Below are positions 52,040-61,979 of a stretch of DNA of 64,000 bases, one piece after another. The translations under genes and the position numbers were made by a program. The notes under the pieces are model-generated. The model was not told the DNA's origin and searched no databases. It saw only the letters and a program-made list of their open reading frames with translations. Source of the DNA: Candidatus Latescibacterota bacterium (GTDB taxonomy: Bacteria; Latescibacterota; UBA2968; UBA8231); the NCBI GenBank assembly GCA_965197905.1, contig CBDAOB010000005.1, positions 2,016,001-2,080,000 of the forward strand. The letters are read 5' to 3'. Numbering within the stretch: position 1 is the stretch's first letter; every line of letters starts with the position of its first letter.

Positions 52040-52289
52040 TTTCACTTTCGTCGGGGTTTTTGGCACTTTTCGGCCAGTAAACATATATACACCTGCCCAA
52101 CTGAATCGCGCAACCTGCGGGTGAAATCCCGTTCGGCGAAGACGCTCGTTGCCGCTTTCTTATTCTGCGGTTTCGGGTGAACAATGTCTAAGAAACCCAC
52201 CGGGAGCGGGCCATCAAAGTCAGTCGCAGTCAGGACCGGGCTGGGATTCGCGAGCTGGATTGTTGACCTCGGCGTACGGCGCCACGACT

Positions 52290-52320
52290 AAAGGGCGCCC
52301 CTTTTCGAGGGACGCCCCTT
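52290..52320 (-). terminator. Terminator downstream of ssb
   Basis: Minus strand GGGCGTCCCT-CGAAA-AGGGGCGCCC-TTT, a 10-bp stem. Confidence 0.6.
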
Positions 52321-52351
52321 GTACCCTATGGGGTGGGGAGTGGGAAGTGGG

Positions 52352-52783
52352 TTAAAGCGAGGGTTGTAGGGTCATTTCGAAGGTGGCGTCGGGATCTCCA
52401 GTGTTGGACGGGGCGATCTCGTCCATCGGTTCATCGAGAAGGGCGCGGTTGGCTCCGAGCAACTTTAGATTGCTGACTACGATCTCTGTCACAGAACTCT
52501 TGCGTCCCCGGGCATCGTGCCAAACCCGAGTGTTCAATTTGCCTTCGACATATACCCGATTGCCCTTTCTCAGGCGCTGTTTCGCAGACTCAGCGGTACG
52601 ACGCCACATGACCAGCCGATGCCATTCGGCACGCTCACATACCTTGCCGGCTTGGTCCACCCATGATTCCGTAGTGGCCAGACTGCAGGTCGCTACGGCA
52701 GTTCGACCCGGCGTGAAACGCAGGTCTGGATCACTTCCCAGATTTCCAACGAGAGTGACTCGGTTCAAGCAACCTTTTGCCAT
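52352..52783 (-). CDS. ssb: Single-stranded DNA-binding protein (paralog lacking the acidic DDxPF tail)
   Basis: NRV.LVGNLG.DP..R.T, LAT...W, EWHR, VYVEGKL.TR.W and TEI. Confidence 0.9.
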   Translation of the reverse strand: MAKGCLNRVTLVGNLGSDPDLRFTPGRTAVATCSLATTESWVDQAGKVCERAEWHRLVMWRRTAESAKQRLRKGNRVYVEGKLNTRVWHDARGRKSSVTEIVVSNLKLLGANRALLDEPMDEIAPSNTGDPDATFEMTLQPSL

Positions 52784-52807
52784 GGCTACTTCCTCCTGCT
52801 GCTGGGT

Positions 52808-52999
52808 CTAGTTCCGGTCCCACATACGCTGCTGATCTTCGAAAGACCGTATGCGGCGATTTTTAGGGGTGTCGATACCATAATGCCGACACAGACGCCC
52901 AAAGCTTCCGGGGGCTATGCCGAGTGCCAAACCGGCGTCGGTATTACTCGCATAGATTCGGGCCGCTCGTTCGATCCTTTCGCGGGCGATTTTTGCCAT
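52808..52999 (-). CDS. Small basic HTH-like protein (63 aa)
   Basis: Strong RBS AGGAGGAGG; SNTDAGLALGI...SFGRLCRHYGI resembles a Fis-type HTH. Confidence 0.7.
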   Translation of the reverse strand: MAKIARERIERAARIYASNTDAGLALGIAPGSFGRLCRHYGIDTPKNRRIRSFEDQQRMWDRN

Positions 53000-53061
53000 C
53001 TCCTCCTCCTCCTGAATTTCTGTGTGGTATTGGGAACCTCGAGCCTCAATAACTGCACAAA

Positions 53062-53090
53062 AGTATACTGCTTTTTTGTACAGCTGTCAA
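53062..53090 (-). promoter_or_regulatory. Near-consensus sigma70 promoter with a CTG-N10-CAG operator in the spacer
   Basis: Minus strand TTGACA-gCTGTACAAAAAAGCAG-TATACT with a 17-bp spacer. Confidence 0.75.
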
Positions 53091-53155
53091 GGGGTTTTTG
53101 AGGCCGCCTCACAAACCAACTTAAGCCAGCTCGTAACCTGTTGATCGTATGTGCC

Positions 53156-54622
53156 TTAGCGTACGGATACAGGGGGGGAGTAGAGGCCCAGTAACCGACG
53201 TTTCCACCAGATCTTAGGGATGAGAGATCCGCTTTTATACTCAAAATCGTACTCGTAGAAGACGGCGCGTATAACCGAGGGCGGAGCGTCTGGAAACGGA
53301 TTCGATTGCAACAACGACACCACCGAGGAACTGCCTTGAAGTAGTCGGCCGAGAAATGGCATAAACCATGGGGTGGTATCGTAGGTTCTCAACGCAGCAA
53401 ACCACATCTGCCAATCCAACCGCGGCATGTGGGGCTGGACAAACGCCGGAGGCGCTTCCGGATCCCCAGGTTTCCATGGAAACTCGTACGCCTTCCAGGA
53501 CTGGCCATCTGCCGAACCCTCCACGACAATCTCTCTTCGTTTGGTCGTCATCACAGCGAAAAGACCATACCCGTTGACCAGGCGAAACGGCATCAGCGCC
53601 TCATGCGTTCGGGAAAGAAATCGGGGCCAGGAAGCTCTCCAGCGAAAGGCGTGAGCCATTTGGATCCCGCTCAAGGCAAGGACGAGAATCGCGATAGCGG
53701 TGGTGAGCCATGTTGGCGCCCGCCCTGAGGCTGTCGAGGGGGGCTGGGGGAGCCGGAATCTTCCGACGAGGGCAAGGTGGTCGTCATCCAACAGAGTCAC
53801 GCATAGTGCGATTACCAGGAGGTTAAAAAAACCATAGTTGCCTGTTGCGCCGATCAACACCTGCAGCACCACCAACAGAAGGGCACCGATCAATCGAACC
53901 TTTCGCGGTCCGAGGATGGCGAACGGCACCAACAGTTCGATCACAAACATCGCACCTACACTGAACGTCTGGATCCACAAAGGCAGCTGGTGAGCGTACC
54001 AACTTGCCCACGTCGGGAGTGGTTGGGTCAGGTAATGGTAATCGAGGGCCCTCAGCGAAGACCAGGTGGGGTCGCCGCTCGACAGCTTGACGACGCCCGA
54101 GGAGAACATGACGCGGAACAACAAGAGCCGGAGCAGCCACAGCGCGATGATAGATGGCTTCCCGGGCCAGATCCAGTGGCGCCGAAGCCGGTGCGGCGCC
54201 AGGAGAATAGCCAGGAAACCGCACTCTAGAAGCAAAGCATCCCACTGGAAGGAGAGGAAGTCGCGGCCGGCAACCACCAGAGACAGGTAGAGCACCCACA
54301 ATCCGGCAAGCGCTAAACCGGGCGCATATCCGAGACACAACAAGACCGCAAATGCCACCCCCGAACCACACATGAGCTGAATCGTAGAATCACTCTGGTC
54401 GAGCCACAGAATCGAAGGCAGCCGCACCCATGCCTCGGCACCCAGGCGGTCTTCCACCGCTGGGAAGAACTCGACGACCGGAAGGATGCCGTTGCTACCT
54501 ATGAGTCCGTCGATCTGCACCCATAGTGATAGGAAAGCAATCCCGTACACCAGACCTAAAAGTCGCAGAAACAGTGCTCTCACGACCAGGTGAGAATGTG
54601 AGTCGATAAGAACCGGTATCAT
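53156..54622 (-). CDS. Lipase maturation factor (LMF1) family membrane protein
   Basis: GLIG..GILP, FQWD.LLLE.G, SG..K....D..W, HY.TQPLP, TGNY.FFN, YGLFA.MT and PHMPRLDWQMWFAA. Confidence 0.92.
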   Translation of the reverse strand: MIPVLIDSHSHLVVRALFLRLLGLVYGIAFLSLWVQIDGLIGSNGILPVVEFFPAVEDRLGAEAWVRLPSILWLDQSDSTIQLMCGSGVAFAVLLCLGYAPGLALAGLWVLYLSLVVAGRDFLSFQWDALLLECGFLAILLAPHRLRRHWIWPGKPSIIALWLLRLLLFRVMFSSGVVKLSSGDPTWSSLRALDYHYLTQPLPTWASWYAHQLPLWIQTFSVGAMFVIELLVPFAILGPRKVRLIGALLLVVLQVLIGATGNYGFFNLLVIALCVTLLDDDHLALVGRFRLPQPPSTASGRAPTWLTTAIAILVLALSGIQMAHAFRWRASWPRFLSRTHEALMPFRLVNGYGLFAVMTTKRREIVVEGSADGQSWKAYEFPWKPGDPEAPPAFVQPHMPRLDWQMWFAALRTYDTTPWFMPFLGRLLQGSSSVVSLLQSNPFPDAPPSVIRAVFYEYDFEYKSGSLIPKIWWKRRLLGLYSPPVSVR

Positions 54623-54674
54623 TGAGGAATGCCAGGGATGCGGACGCGACCGTGACCTTAAGTCCGGGTGCTTA

Positions 54675-55733
54675 TTATCGTCGCACGTAGGTCTGGTTGA
54701 GATACCATGCGATCTGATCCAGCTCGGCGACCGATACCTCCAGCCCGTTGTCTACCATCCGAGTCAAGAGCTCGCCCACGTCCCCCGCGGATTGCATCGG
54801 ATACTGCTCCACCTCATCCAGCTCGTGACACTGGGTGCAGCTGTCGTTGAAGAGCTGTCGGGATGGTCCCACTTCGTACGCCCCTACCGGTCTTGCCTCG
54901 CCGGTGGTAGATATCACGGTGAGCAAGGTCTTCTTCGATTCCGCTGCTTCCAGGGATTGCTCCCGACGCCGTTTCGCCGACATTTGCAGGTCGGGTGAAA
55001 TGGCGATCAGATAGCTGGCAACCGCCCACTGCTCGGGCGGGGCGATCGGATTGCCGAAGATCGGTCGTTTCGCCATCCGCTCTACGGTGCGCACCCAGTT
55101 GCTGGGTGTTCGCGGCTTGGTGAGGACCGTCTTCAGGTCGTGGCAAGTGACGCATCGAGTCAGCAATACTTCCCGTCCATTCTTTAGACTCGATTCCGAA
55201 CCGAGCTCGTGCATCGGCGCGTCCGAAGGGAACCCCGCGCTGGGTAACAGCTGGCGTATGCGCTCCAGATTCGCCTCGCTGTAGACGCTGCCGCCTACCG
55301 CAGTCTGGCTCCAGTATGTTTCGCGATAGGCAAACGGCGCCGAAAGGCTGATCAACAGCACCGTACACCATAGGATTCCCAATCCCAGATAGGGCAAGAG
55401 GAAGCGGAAGTGAGCACAAGACCGCAGGACGAAAAGCTTGACCACAAGCAAAAAACCGACGCTGACTCCCAGGAGGAGATGGGCAACGGTTCGCGCCGGG
55501 AGCTCGACCTGGTAGTGGAACAGCCTGGGCACCATTTGAAACATCATGAACAGATATATCAGGAGGAAAACCAGCCCGACGATTCTATGGGTGAGCACCA
55601 ATGAGGGCGGAGCGGTTCCGACGTTGCGCTCGGCGTCAAACGGATAACCGTAGATGCGGAACATGAGAAACACCCCCAGAAACCCGAGGGTCAGAAAAAG
55701 TAAGCCCAGCAACATGCTGATTGAGGCATCCAT
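54675..55733 (-). CDS. Membrane-anchored diheme c-type cytochrome
   Basis: About four N-terminal TM helices containing His; two CxxCH motifs (CVTCH, CTQCH), each followed by an RM motif. Confidence 0.75.
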   Translation of the reverse strand: MDASISMLLGLLFLTLGFLGVFLMFRIYGYPFDAERNVGTAPPSLVLTHRIVGLVFLLIYLFMMFQMVPRLFHYQVELPARTVAHLLLGVSVGFLLVVKLFVLRSCAHFRFLLPYLGLGILWCTVLLISLSAPFAYRETYWSQTAVGGSVYSEANLERIRQLLPSAGFPSDAPMHELGSESSLKNGREVLLTRCVTCHDLKTVLTKPRTPSNWVRTVERMAKRPIFGNPIAPPEQWAVASYLIAISPDLQMSAKRRREQSLEAAESKKTLLTVISTTGEARPVGAYEVGPSRQLFNDSCTQCHELDEVEQYPMQSAGDVGELLTRMVDNGLEVSVAELDQIAWYLNQTYVRR

Positions 55734-55911
55734 TGGTTTTGTCTCCCCTAATCTTGTGCAGCAGTGACAGGATAGAGCCTTGACGAAGGTCGAAAATCTT
55801 GACACCAGGTATATAAGACTTTAATCCAATCCTTGGCTATACGGCGGTGAAGACGCGCCGCCCGAGGTATGAACCCAACAACAAATCCACCGCACACGAG
55901 CGAAACAACAC

Positions 55912-56601
55912 ATGCCTACCCAGCGACAAACGGTCGACGCAGCCTTCGATCTCTACATTCAGCGTGCTACCACGGAGGCACACTGGCGAGACCGAATACG
56001 GCGAAGCATTGACCGCGTCTTGGAGGAGTTGAGCGAAGCGGAACGGAGCAGATTCTTCGATTACGTCAATGGCTTCGACCTAGGCTCGGCTTTGTTTCCA
56101 GTAAGACGGATCGCCGAGATCTATACGCTCTGTTTGCACGAGAGCGTGGACGATTCATTGAGGGGCCGCAGGAAAGAGTCGGCGCAGACGCGAATGACGC
56201 GATTTCGAGCTGATTTCCTGACCCCTCCTCCCGGTCAGGAGGAGGGCCGACTGCCACAGGATGCTCCGCGCGCGACCTTCCACGCGGCCTTGCGGCAGCG
56301 TCAGGGGGTTGCGGACACCCCGGCGGAATTCCGCGAGATGATCGGCGCTACGATCCACATGGTCATGGACTCATTCGAGGAGCGCGACCGAGATCAACTG
56401 GATGAACTATTCGAACGCCTCCCGGTCGGTGCCGTTGCCGGCGCCATGCTCACCTGGACATGGGGGGGAGGAGACGAAAAGCTGAAGCCAGAGATCGCGC
56501 GGAGACAGTTCGACCGCTGGCAGCAAACGGACGACGTATCGGTTTGGTGGCAAATCCGCATCGCGCCGCGACAGGAAACACCCGTTTGGATCTATTTCTG
56601 A
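55912..56601 (+). CDS. Hypothetical protein
   Basis: 229-aa ORF filling the gap between opposite-strand genes; no recognised motif. Confidence 0.6.
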   Translation: MPTQRQTVDAAFDLYIQRATTEAHWRDRIRRSIDRVLEELSEAERSRFFDYVNGFDLGSALFPVRRIAEIYTLCLHESVDDSLRGRRKESAQTRMTRFRADFLTPPPGQEEGRLPQDAPRATFHAALRQRQGVADTPAEFREMIGATIHMVMDSFEERDRDQLDELFERLPVGAVAGAMLTWTWGGGDEKLKPEIARRQFDRWQQTDDVSVWWQIRIAPRQETPVWIYF

Positions 56602-56942
56602 ACGTGATCCGCCAGATCGAAAACCTGTTCCATCGACGCCCACCACTCCCCTTCCCCCGCCTCGGCGGCAGGCTCTTGAAAGCTGTTCATCAGCCGATTC
56701 CATTCATCACACTTGGGATGACTCTCCGGCTCTCCTTTCGCCTTTCTTGACGGATCGTAGTCATCCGTGGTGGTCATGTACATAAACATGCGCCGATCGC
56801 GAAGGAATATCTTCATGTCCAGAATACCCGAGCGGCTAATCTGCTCAACCACTTCCGGGAACGGGTTCCGATGGTACTGTTTGTACCGCTCTATGATCTC
56901 TTCGTCATCTTTCAGATTGATGGTCAACGCAAACACCTTCAT
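56592..56942 (-). CDS. L-rhamnose mutarotase family protein
   Basis: Y...H...PEV......GI..M.IF......FMY and W...M......W..MEQVF.L. Confidence 0.82.
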   Translation of the reverse strand: MKVFALTINLKDDEEIIERYKQYHRNPFPEVVEQISRSGILDMKIFLRDRRMFMYMTTTDDYDPSRKAKGEPESHPKCDEWNRLMNSFQEPAAEAGEGEWWASMEQVFDLADHVQK

Positions 56943-58267
56943 CGGTGAGTCTCCTTTCGTTCATCCGTTGCCTCCGATCGGTAGGCGTCGGCCAACAAGC
57001 TCACCGGATGGCGGACGGCAACGCCGGAGGATTCGCGCCGCAGGCCGTGCAGCAGTTGAATGGCGCATCCCGGATTTCCGGTAGCCACGACGCCGGCCCC
57101 CGTGGCAGCTACATGCTTCATCTTCCTCGACAGCAAGCGCATCGACATCTCGGGTTGCGTAATATTGTAGATCCCCGCACTGCCACAACACCAGTCTGAC
57201 TCGGTCAGTTCCGTCAAACGAAGCCCGGGTATCGACTTGAGCAGCTGGCGCGGCTGGCGGTGAACTTTCTGCCCATGGCGCAGATGGCAGGAATCGTGGT
57301 AGGTCACCTCCATATTCGCACCTTCGCCCCGGGGCGGGCGAAATCCGATCTCCACCAGAAACTCGTGAATGTCCCGCACCTTTGCGGACCAACACACGGC
57401 GCGCGCGGAGTACTCGGATAAATCTGCCAGAAGGCGGTCGTAATGGCGCATGTGAGAACCACATCCACCGGAATTGACGATGATCGCGTCGAGGTGCTCA
57501 GCATCGAAAGCTTCGATGTTCTTGACGGCCAGAGATCTGGCCAATTCCGGCTCACCGTTGTGACCGTGCAGCGACCCGCAGCATTGTTGCCGGCGCGGAA
57601 GGACAACCTCACACCCGTTCTGCTGCAGCACGTAGATCGTATCTCGATTCACCTCCGAGAAAGCCAGATCTTGAATGCAGCCGCTCAGCAACCCTACCCT
57701 GTAGTCGGGGTTCGCAGGATTGCGGCCGCTCGAGTAATGCTGACGTGTCGTGCGCCACTGAACGGTCGGTGTCAGCGGAAGAAGATCGTGCAGTCTCCGC
57801 GAGAATAAACGCAGGACGCCGCTGGCGTGCAGCATCCGCATCAGCCCGCTCCTTTGCATCACGAACAACCCACGCGCGAGCAAACGCAACCGAAAGAGAG
57901 AGACGAACAACATCTTCAGCGCCACTGTCCGCACAAGTGATCGAACGCTGCTGCGCAGGAGGCCGGAGCGCTCGATCTGCGCTCGGGACTTTTCGAAGAG
58001 GGTGGTGTAATCCACTCCGGCGGGACAGGCTGACTCGCAGGCAAGGCATCCGAGGCAGAAGTAGAGCTCTTCGGCGAACGACTTGCCGATCTCCAGGCGG
58101 CCGTCGGCGATCGCCCTCATCATGGCGATACGTCCCCGCGGCGAGGATCGTTCATTGAGGGTGGCGTCGTAGGTCGGGCAGGCCGGCAGACACATGCCGC
58201 AGTGCATACACTGCTGCAGCACTGAGTAGTCGAGGCCGCGCAACAGGTTTTGCGACTCGTTGCTCAA
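56939..58267 (-). CDS. glcF: Glycolate/lactate dehydrogenase Fe-S subunit
   Basis: CMHCGMCLPACPTY, SPRGRI, CLGCLACESACP, and two CCG domains (YHDSCHL.H). Confidence 0.88.
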   Translation of the reverse strand: MSNESQNLLRGLDYSVLQQCMHCGMCLPACPTYDATLNERSSPRGRIAMMRAIADGRLEIGKSFAEELYFCLGCLACESACPAGVDYTTLFEKSRAQIERSGLLRSSVRSLVRTVALKMLFVSLFRLRLLARGLFVMQRSGLMRMLHASGVLRLFSRRLHDLLPLTPTVQWRTTRQHYSSGRNPANPDYRVGLLSGCIQDLAFSEVNRDTIYVLQQNGCEVVLPRRQQCCGSLHGHNGEPELARSLAVKNIEAFDAEHLDAIIVNSGGCGSHMRHYDRLLADLSEYSARAVCWSAKVRDIHEFLVEIGFRPPRGEGANMEVTYHDSCHLRHGQKVHRQPRQLLKSIPGLRLTELTESDWCCGSAGIYNITQPEMSMRLLSRKMKHVAATGAGVVATGNPGCAIQLLHGLRRESSGVAVRHPVSLLADAYRSEATDERKETHR

Positions 58268-59639
58268 TCGAAGATCTTTCCCGGATTCAGGATTCCGTTT
58301 GGGTCGAAACTACGTTTTACGCGCTGTAGCAGCTCCATGCCGACCGGACCCAAAGCGGCGGGTAGAAACGGCTTCTTGGCCAATCCCACTCCATGCTCCC
58401 CAGTGATAGTTCCGCCAAGTCTTACAGCGCACTCGAACACCTCTTTCATCGCCAGCTCTACCCGGTTCATCTCGGCTTCGTTGCGTTCGTCGGTGAGAAA
58501 GGTCGGGTGCAGGTTGCCGTCACCCATGTGTCCGAAGGTGCCAATGCGCAGGTCGTGACGGCTGGCGATGGTTTGTATCTCACCCACCATACGCGCCAAC
58601 TCGCTGCGTGGCACGGTCACGTCCTCCAGCACTACCGTAGGAGCCAGGCGGGCCAGGGCACTGAACGCCGTGCGCCGGGCCGACGCAGCTGCGAAGCCTC
58701 TTCTTCACTACGCGCCAACCTGACCTCTTGAGCTCCCCGGGCCCGCGCAATGCCGACAATCGCAGCAGCCTGCTCCTCGACTTCGGCGGCGTGACCATCC
58801 ACTTCCATCAACAGCAACGACGCCACGTCCAGGGGCAGGCCGATCTTGGCGAACTGCTCGACGCAGCGAATGGTCGTGCTGTCCAGAAACTCCAACGTGC
58901 ATGGTATGATCTTCGATTCGATGATCTCGGATATGGTGCTCGCCGCCGCCGTCATGCTGTCGAAGGTCGCCAGCATCGTTTTTTTGGCGGCAGGTTGGGG
59001 AATGAGTTTCAGGGTGATCTTGGTGACTACTCCGAGACATCCTTCCGATCCCACGAAGAGATCCTTCAAGGTAAATCCCGCCACATCCTTCACGCACTTG
59101 GTTCCAGTCTGCAGGACCTGTCCGTCTGCCAACACGACCTCCAACGCCATGACATAGTCCCGCGTTACGCCGTATTTCAGACCGCGCAGTCCGCCGGAGT
59201 TGTTGGCGACGTTGCCGCCGATTGTTGAAATCTTGATCGAGCCAGGATCGGGAGGATAGAACAAGCCTGCCGCTGCCGCCTGCTGGGATATCTTTTCGGT
59301 GATGACCCCGGGCTCCACTGTCATCGTCAGATTCTGGCCGTCCAGCTCTAGAATGCGATTCAAACGCACCAGACAGAGCACCAGCGAGTCGGGGGCGGGG
59401 ACCGCGCCGCCGGCCAAACCGGTACCGGACCCGCGGGTCACCACCGGAACCCGTCGGTCATGGGCGAGCGCAAGAATGGCCGTCACCTGCGAAGTATCTT
59501 CCGGCAGCAGAACCGCCGCGGGCTCTTGACGCAGCGTGGCCGTACCGTCGAAGGCGTAGACGCTGAGGTCTTCGGGGCTGGTAAGAAGCTGATCCGGCCC
59601 CAAGATACGGGACAGCCTGTTTAGGATATCGGAATGCAA
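58264..59639 (-). CDS. glcD: Glycolate/D-lactate dehydrogenase FAD subunit, frameshifted near 58686
   Basis: RGSGTGL.GG, YPPDP.S, TIGGN and GSEG in one frame; EDV.VP, GH.GDGNLHP, GEHGVG and LNPGK in the next. One base is missing at CAG CTG (G)CG TCG. Confidence 0.88.
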
Positions 59640-59643
59640 CGGA

Positions 59644-60342
59644 TCAGGTGATGAGATCTTCGCTGAGATGATCGACGCGATTGGTGTGGCGGACGGTGAT
59701 CAAACCCTCGGGATGATAGTCGAGTCGAGTAATGGAGGTGTTGTAGTGTTCATAATGCAACCCGGGGTTGGGCAGGTGAAGTCCGATCGCTTTGAGCAGG
59801 TAGCTCATGAAACCTCCGTGTGAAACCAGGCCGATGCGTTGGTGCTCCATCGCTCTGTCCCGCAGCGCTTCAGCCACACCGATAGCCCTGCCCTGACTCG
59901 AGTGTGCCTCTTCCTTTTCCTTATCCCACCACCCTCTCTCACTCAGATCTCCGGGTAGGATATACCCCGGGAACCGATCCGTGATCTGCTGACGGGTTTG
60001 TCCGGGGTACCCCACCACCCCGCGATCCTCGCCGTGATCTAGGAAGATGCCCCCAACCTCGTGAATATCGATCCATACTTCGGGGGTTACGCCCATCTCG
60101 CGAGCTACGGACTCGACGGTTTGCAGCGATCTCAGCATCGGACTGCAGTAGAGGTAGTCGAAGTGTGGTCTTTCCGTAGAGCGCTCTCCAGGCATCAGAT
60201 GCCCGCCCGCTGCGAGAAATTCTGCCACGACCTCGGCCTGGCGTTCTCCAATATCGGTCAGGGGGGGGTCCATGTCGCGTTTACTGACATCCTCGAGAAT
60301 GTTGTTGGCCGATTGGCCGTGGCGGATTATGAATAGCTCCAT
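59644..60342 (-). CDS. Histidine phosphatase / phosphoglycerate mutase family protein
   Basis: IRHGQS.NN, LT..G..QA, SPM.RS.QT, VSHG and NTSIT. Confidence 0.88.
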   Translation of the reverse strand: MELFIIRHGQSANNILEDVSKRDMDPPLTDIGERQAEVVAEFLAAGGHLMPGERSTERPHFDYLYCSPMLRSLQTVESVAREMGVTPEVWIDIHEVGGIFLDHGEDRGVVGYPGQTRQQITDRFPGYILPGDLSERGWWDKEKEEAHSSQGRAIGVAEALRDRAMEHQRIGLVSHGGFMSYLLKAIGLHLPNPGLHYEHYNTSITRLDYHPEGLITVRHTNRVDHLSEDLIT

Positions 60343-60352
60343 GGCAACTTTC

Positions 60353-60381
60353 TTGACAGTCGAATGCGGTGAATCTATACT
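60353..60381 (+). promoter_or_regulatory. sigma70-type promoter for pepA
   Basis: TTGACA-17 bp-TATACT. Confidence 0.7.
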
Positions 60382-60412
60382 TCGCGCTTCTTGAAAAAAG
60401 AGGTGGGATATC

Positions 60413-61912
60413 TTGAATATCGCCGTCGAACAGGGCGAAGTACAGAAAAAGACCGACGCTGCCGTCATTGTCAACCTCTTTGAAGGAGTGCGCCCCGCTG
60501 GAGCGACCGGGGCCGTCGACAAAGCCCTAGGCGGCCAAATACGAACCGCTATCGGACACGGAGACTTTGCCGGAAAACGGAACGAGCTCCTGTTGCTGTA
60601 CGGCAGCGCGGGTGTGGCTGCAAAGCGAGTTCTGGTCGTTGGTTTGGGACCGCGAAAGAGTTTTAACCTGGAAGTGGTCCGCGAAGCGGCTGGTACCGCT
60701 GCCCGTCACCTACAGAAGATGGGGCTTCCGTCGGCGTCGACGATTCTCCACGGCGCCGGAACCGGCAAGTTGAATGCCGAACAGGTCGCGGAAGCGATAG
60801 CCGAAGCCAGCATCCTCGCCTGCTACCGATTTGAAGCCTTCAAGACCAAAGAAAAATCCAAACCGATCCTCAAGAAGCTGACCATCGTCGAGTTCGATCG
60901 CGGACTCGTGACCAGCGCTCGCCGTGGTGCGCGAACGGGCAGGCACATTGCCGAAGCCACCTGCCTCGCCCGCGATCTGGCAAACCAGCCTGGCAACACA
61001 GCTACTCCTGCGTATCTAGCCCGGACCGCACGCTCGATCGCCCGGACCCGCGGCTTGAGCTGCCAGGTGCTGGACGAAACTCGGATGCGCAGATTGGGAA
61101 TGGGTGCGTTGCTTGCGGTGAGTCAGGGCAGTGCGGAGAAAGCTCAGTTCATAGTGCTCGAGCACAACAAACGAGCGGCGGGAAAACCACTCGTTTTCGT
61201 CGGCAAGGGAGTCACCTTCGACAGCGGCGGTGTCTCCATAAAACCCGGCGGCGGCATGGAGGATATGAAATTCGACATGTGTGGCGGGGCCGCCGTTATC
61301 GGGGCCATGCAGGCGGTCGCGGCGCTTAAACTTCCCGGTCGCATAGTGGGCATCGTGCCCGCAACGGAGAATCTGCTCGATGGGCAGAGTTTCAAACCCG
61401 GAGACATTGTGAGGACCCTGTCCGGCAAAACGATCGAGATCCAGAATACGGACGCGGAAGGCCGGCTGATACTCGCGGACGCACTGGCTTACGCCGCCCG
61501 TTTCAAACCGGCCGCCGTCGTCGACTTGGCGACCTTGACCGGCGCCTGCGTCGTCGCCCTGGGCCATCACGTCAGCGGCATGATGGGAAACGACGACAAG
61601 CTCGCGGAAAAGGTGAAAGCGGCCGGCGAGGCCACCGCTGAACGGGTATGGCCACTACCTCTCTGGGACGAATATCGACGGCAGATCCGCAGCGACTATG
61701 CCGACATGAAGAACACCGGAGGTCGAGCCGGCGGCGCCATCACCGGAGCTGCTCTGCTGGAGGAGTTCACCGAGGACTACCCATGGGTTCACCTGGACAT
61801 CGCCGGGACCGCGTGGAGCTCCAGAACGCGTCCCTACATTCCGAAAGGGGGTGTAGGGATCGGTGTGCGACTGCTCACCCACCTGGCACGGCACTGGAAA
61901 AAGAAGGCCTAG
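60413..61912 (+). CDS. pepA: Leucyl aminopeptidase (M17)
   Basis: VGKGVTFDSGG.SIK, MKFDM.G, NTDAEGRL.LAD, ATLTGA and HLDIAG. Confidence 0.96.
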   Translation: MNIAVEQGEVQKKTDAAVIVNLFEGVRPAGATGAVDKALGGQIRTAIGHGDFAGKRNELLLLYGSAGVAAKRVLVVGLGPRKSFNLEVVREAAGTAARHLQKMGLPSASTILHGAGTGKLNAEQVAEAIAEASILACYRFEAFKTKEKSKPILKKLTIVEFDRGLVTSARRGARTGRHIAEATCLARDLANQPGNTATPAYLARTARSIARTRGLSCQVLDETRMRRLGMGALLAVSQGSAEKAQFIVLEHNKRAAGKPLVFVGKGVTFDSGGVSIKPGGGMEDMKFDMCGGAAVIGAMQAVAALKLPGRIVGIVPATENLLDGQSFKPGDIVRTLSGKTIEIQNTDAEGRLILADALAYAARFKPAAVVDLATLTGACVVALGHHVSGMMGNDDKLAEKVKAAGEATAERVWPLPLWDEYRRQIRSDYADMKNTGGRAGGAITGAALLEEFTEDYPWVHLDIAGTAWSSRTRPYIPKGGVGIGVRLLTHLARHWKKKA

Positions 61913-61979
61913 CGGACACCCCTCCCGTTTGCACAACTTCAGCTAGCGCGGTTCAAAGGTTGCCGCGGGACATTCATGC

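Noticed and set aside
51521..52999. Prophage remnant or anti-phage dCTP deaminase (ssb + deaminase + HTH)
   Set aside because: No integrase, structural genes or att sites. The deaminase is a short ComEB-type protein without a kinase domain and is separated from ssb by a terminator.
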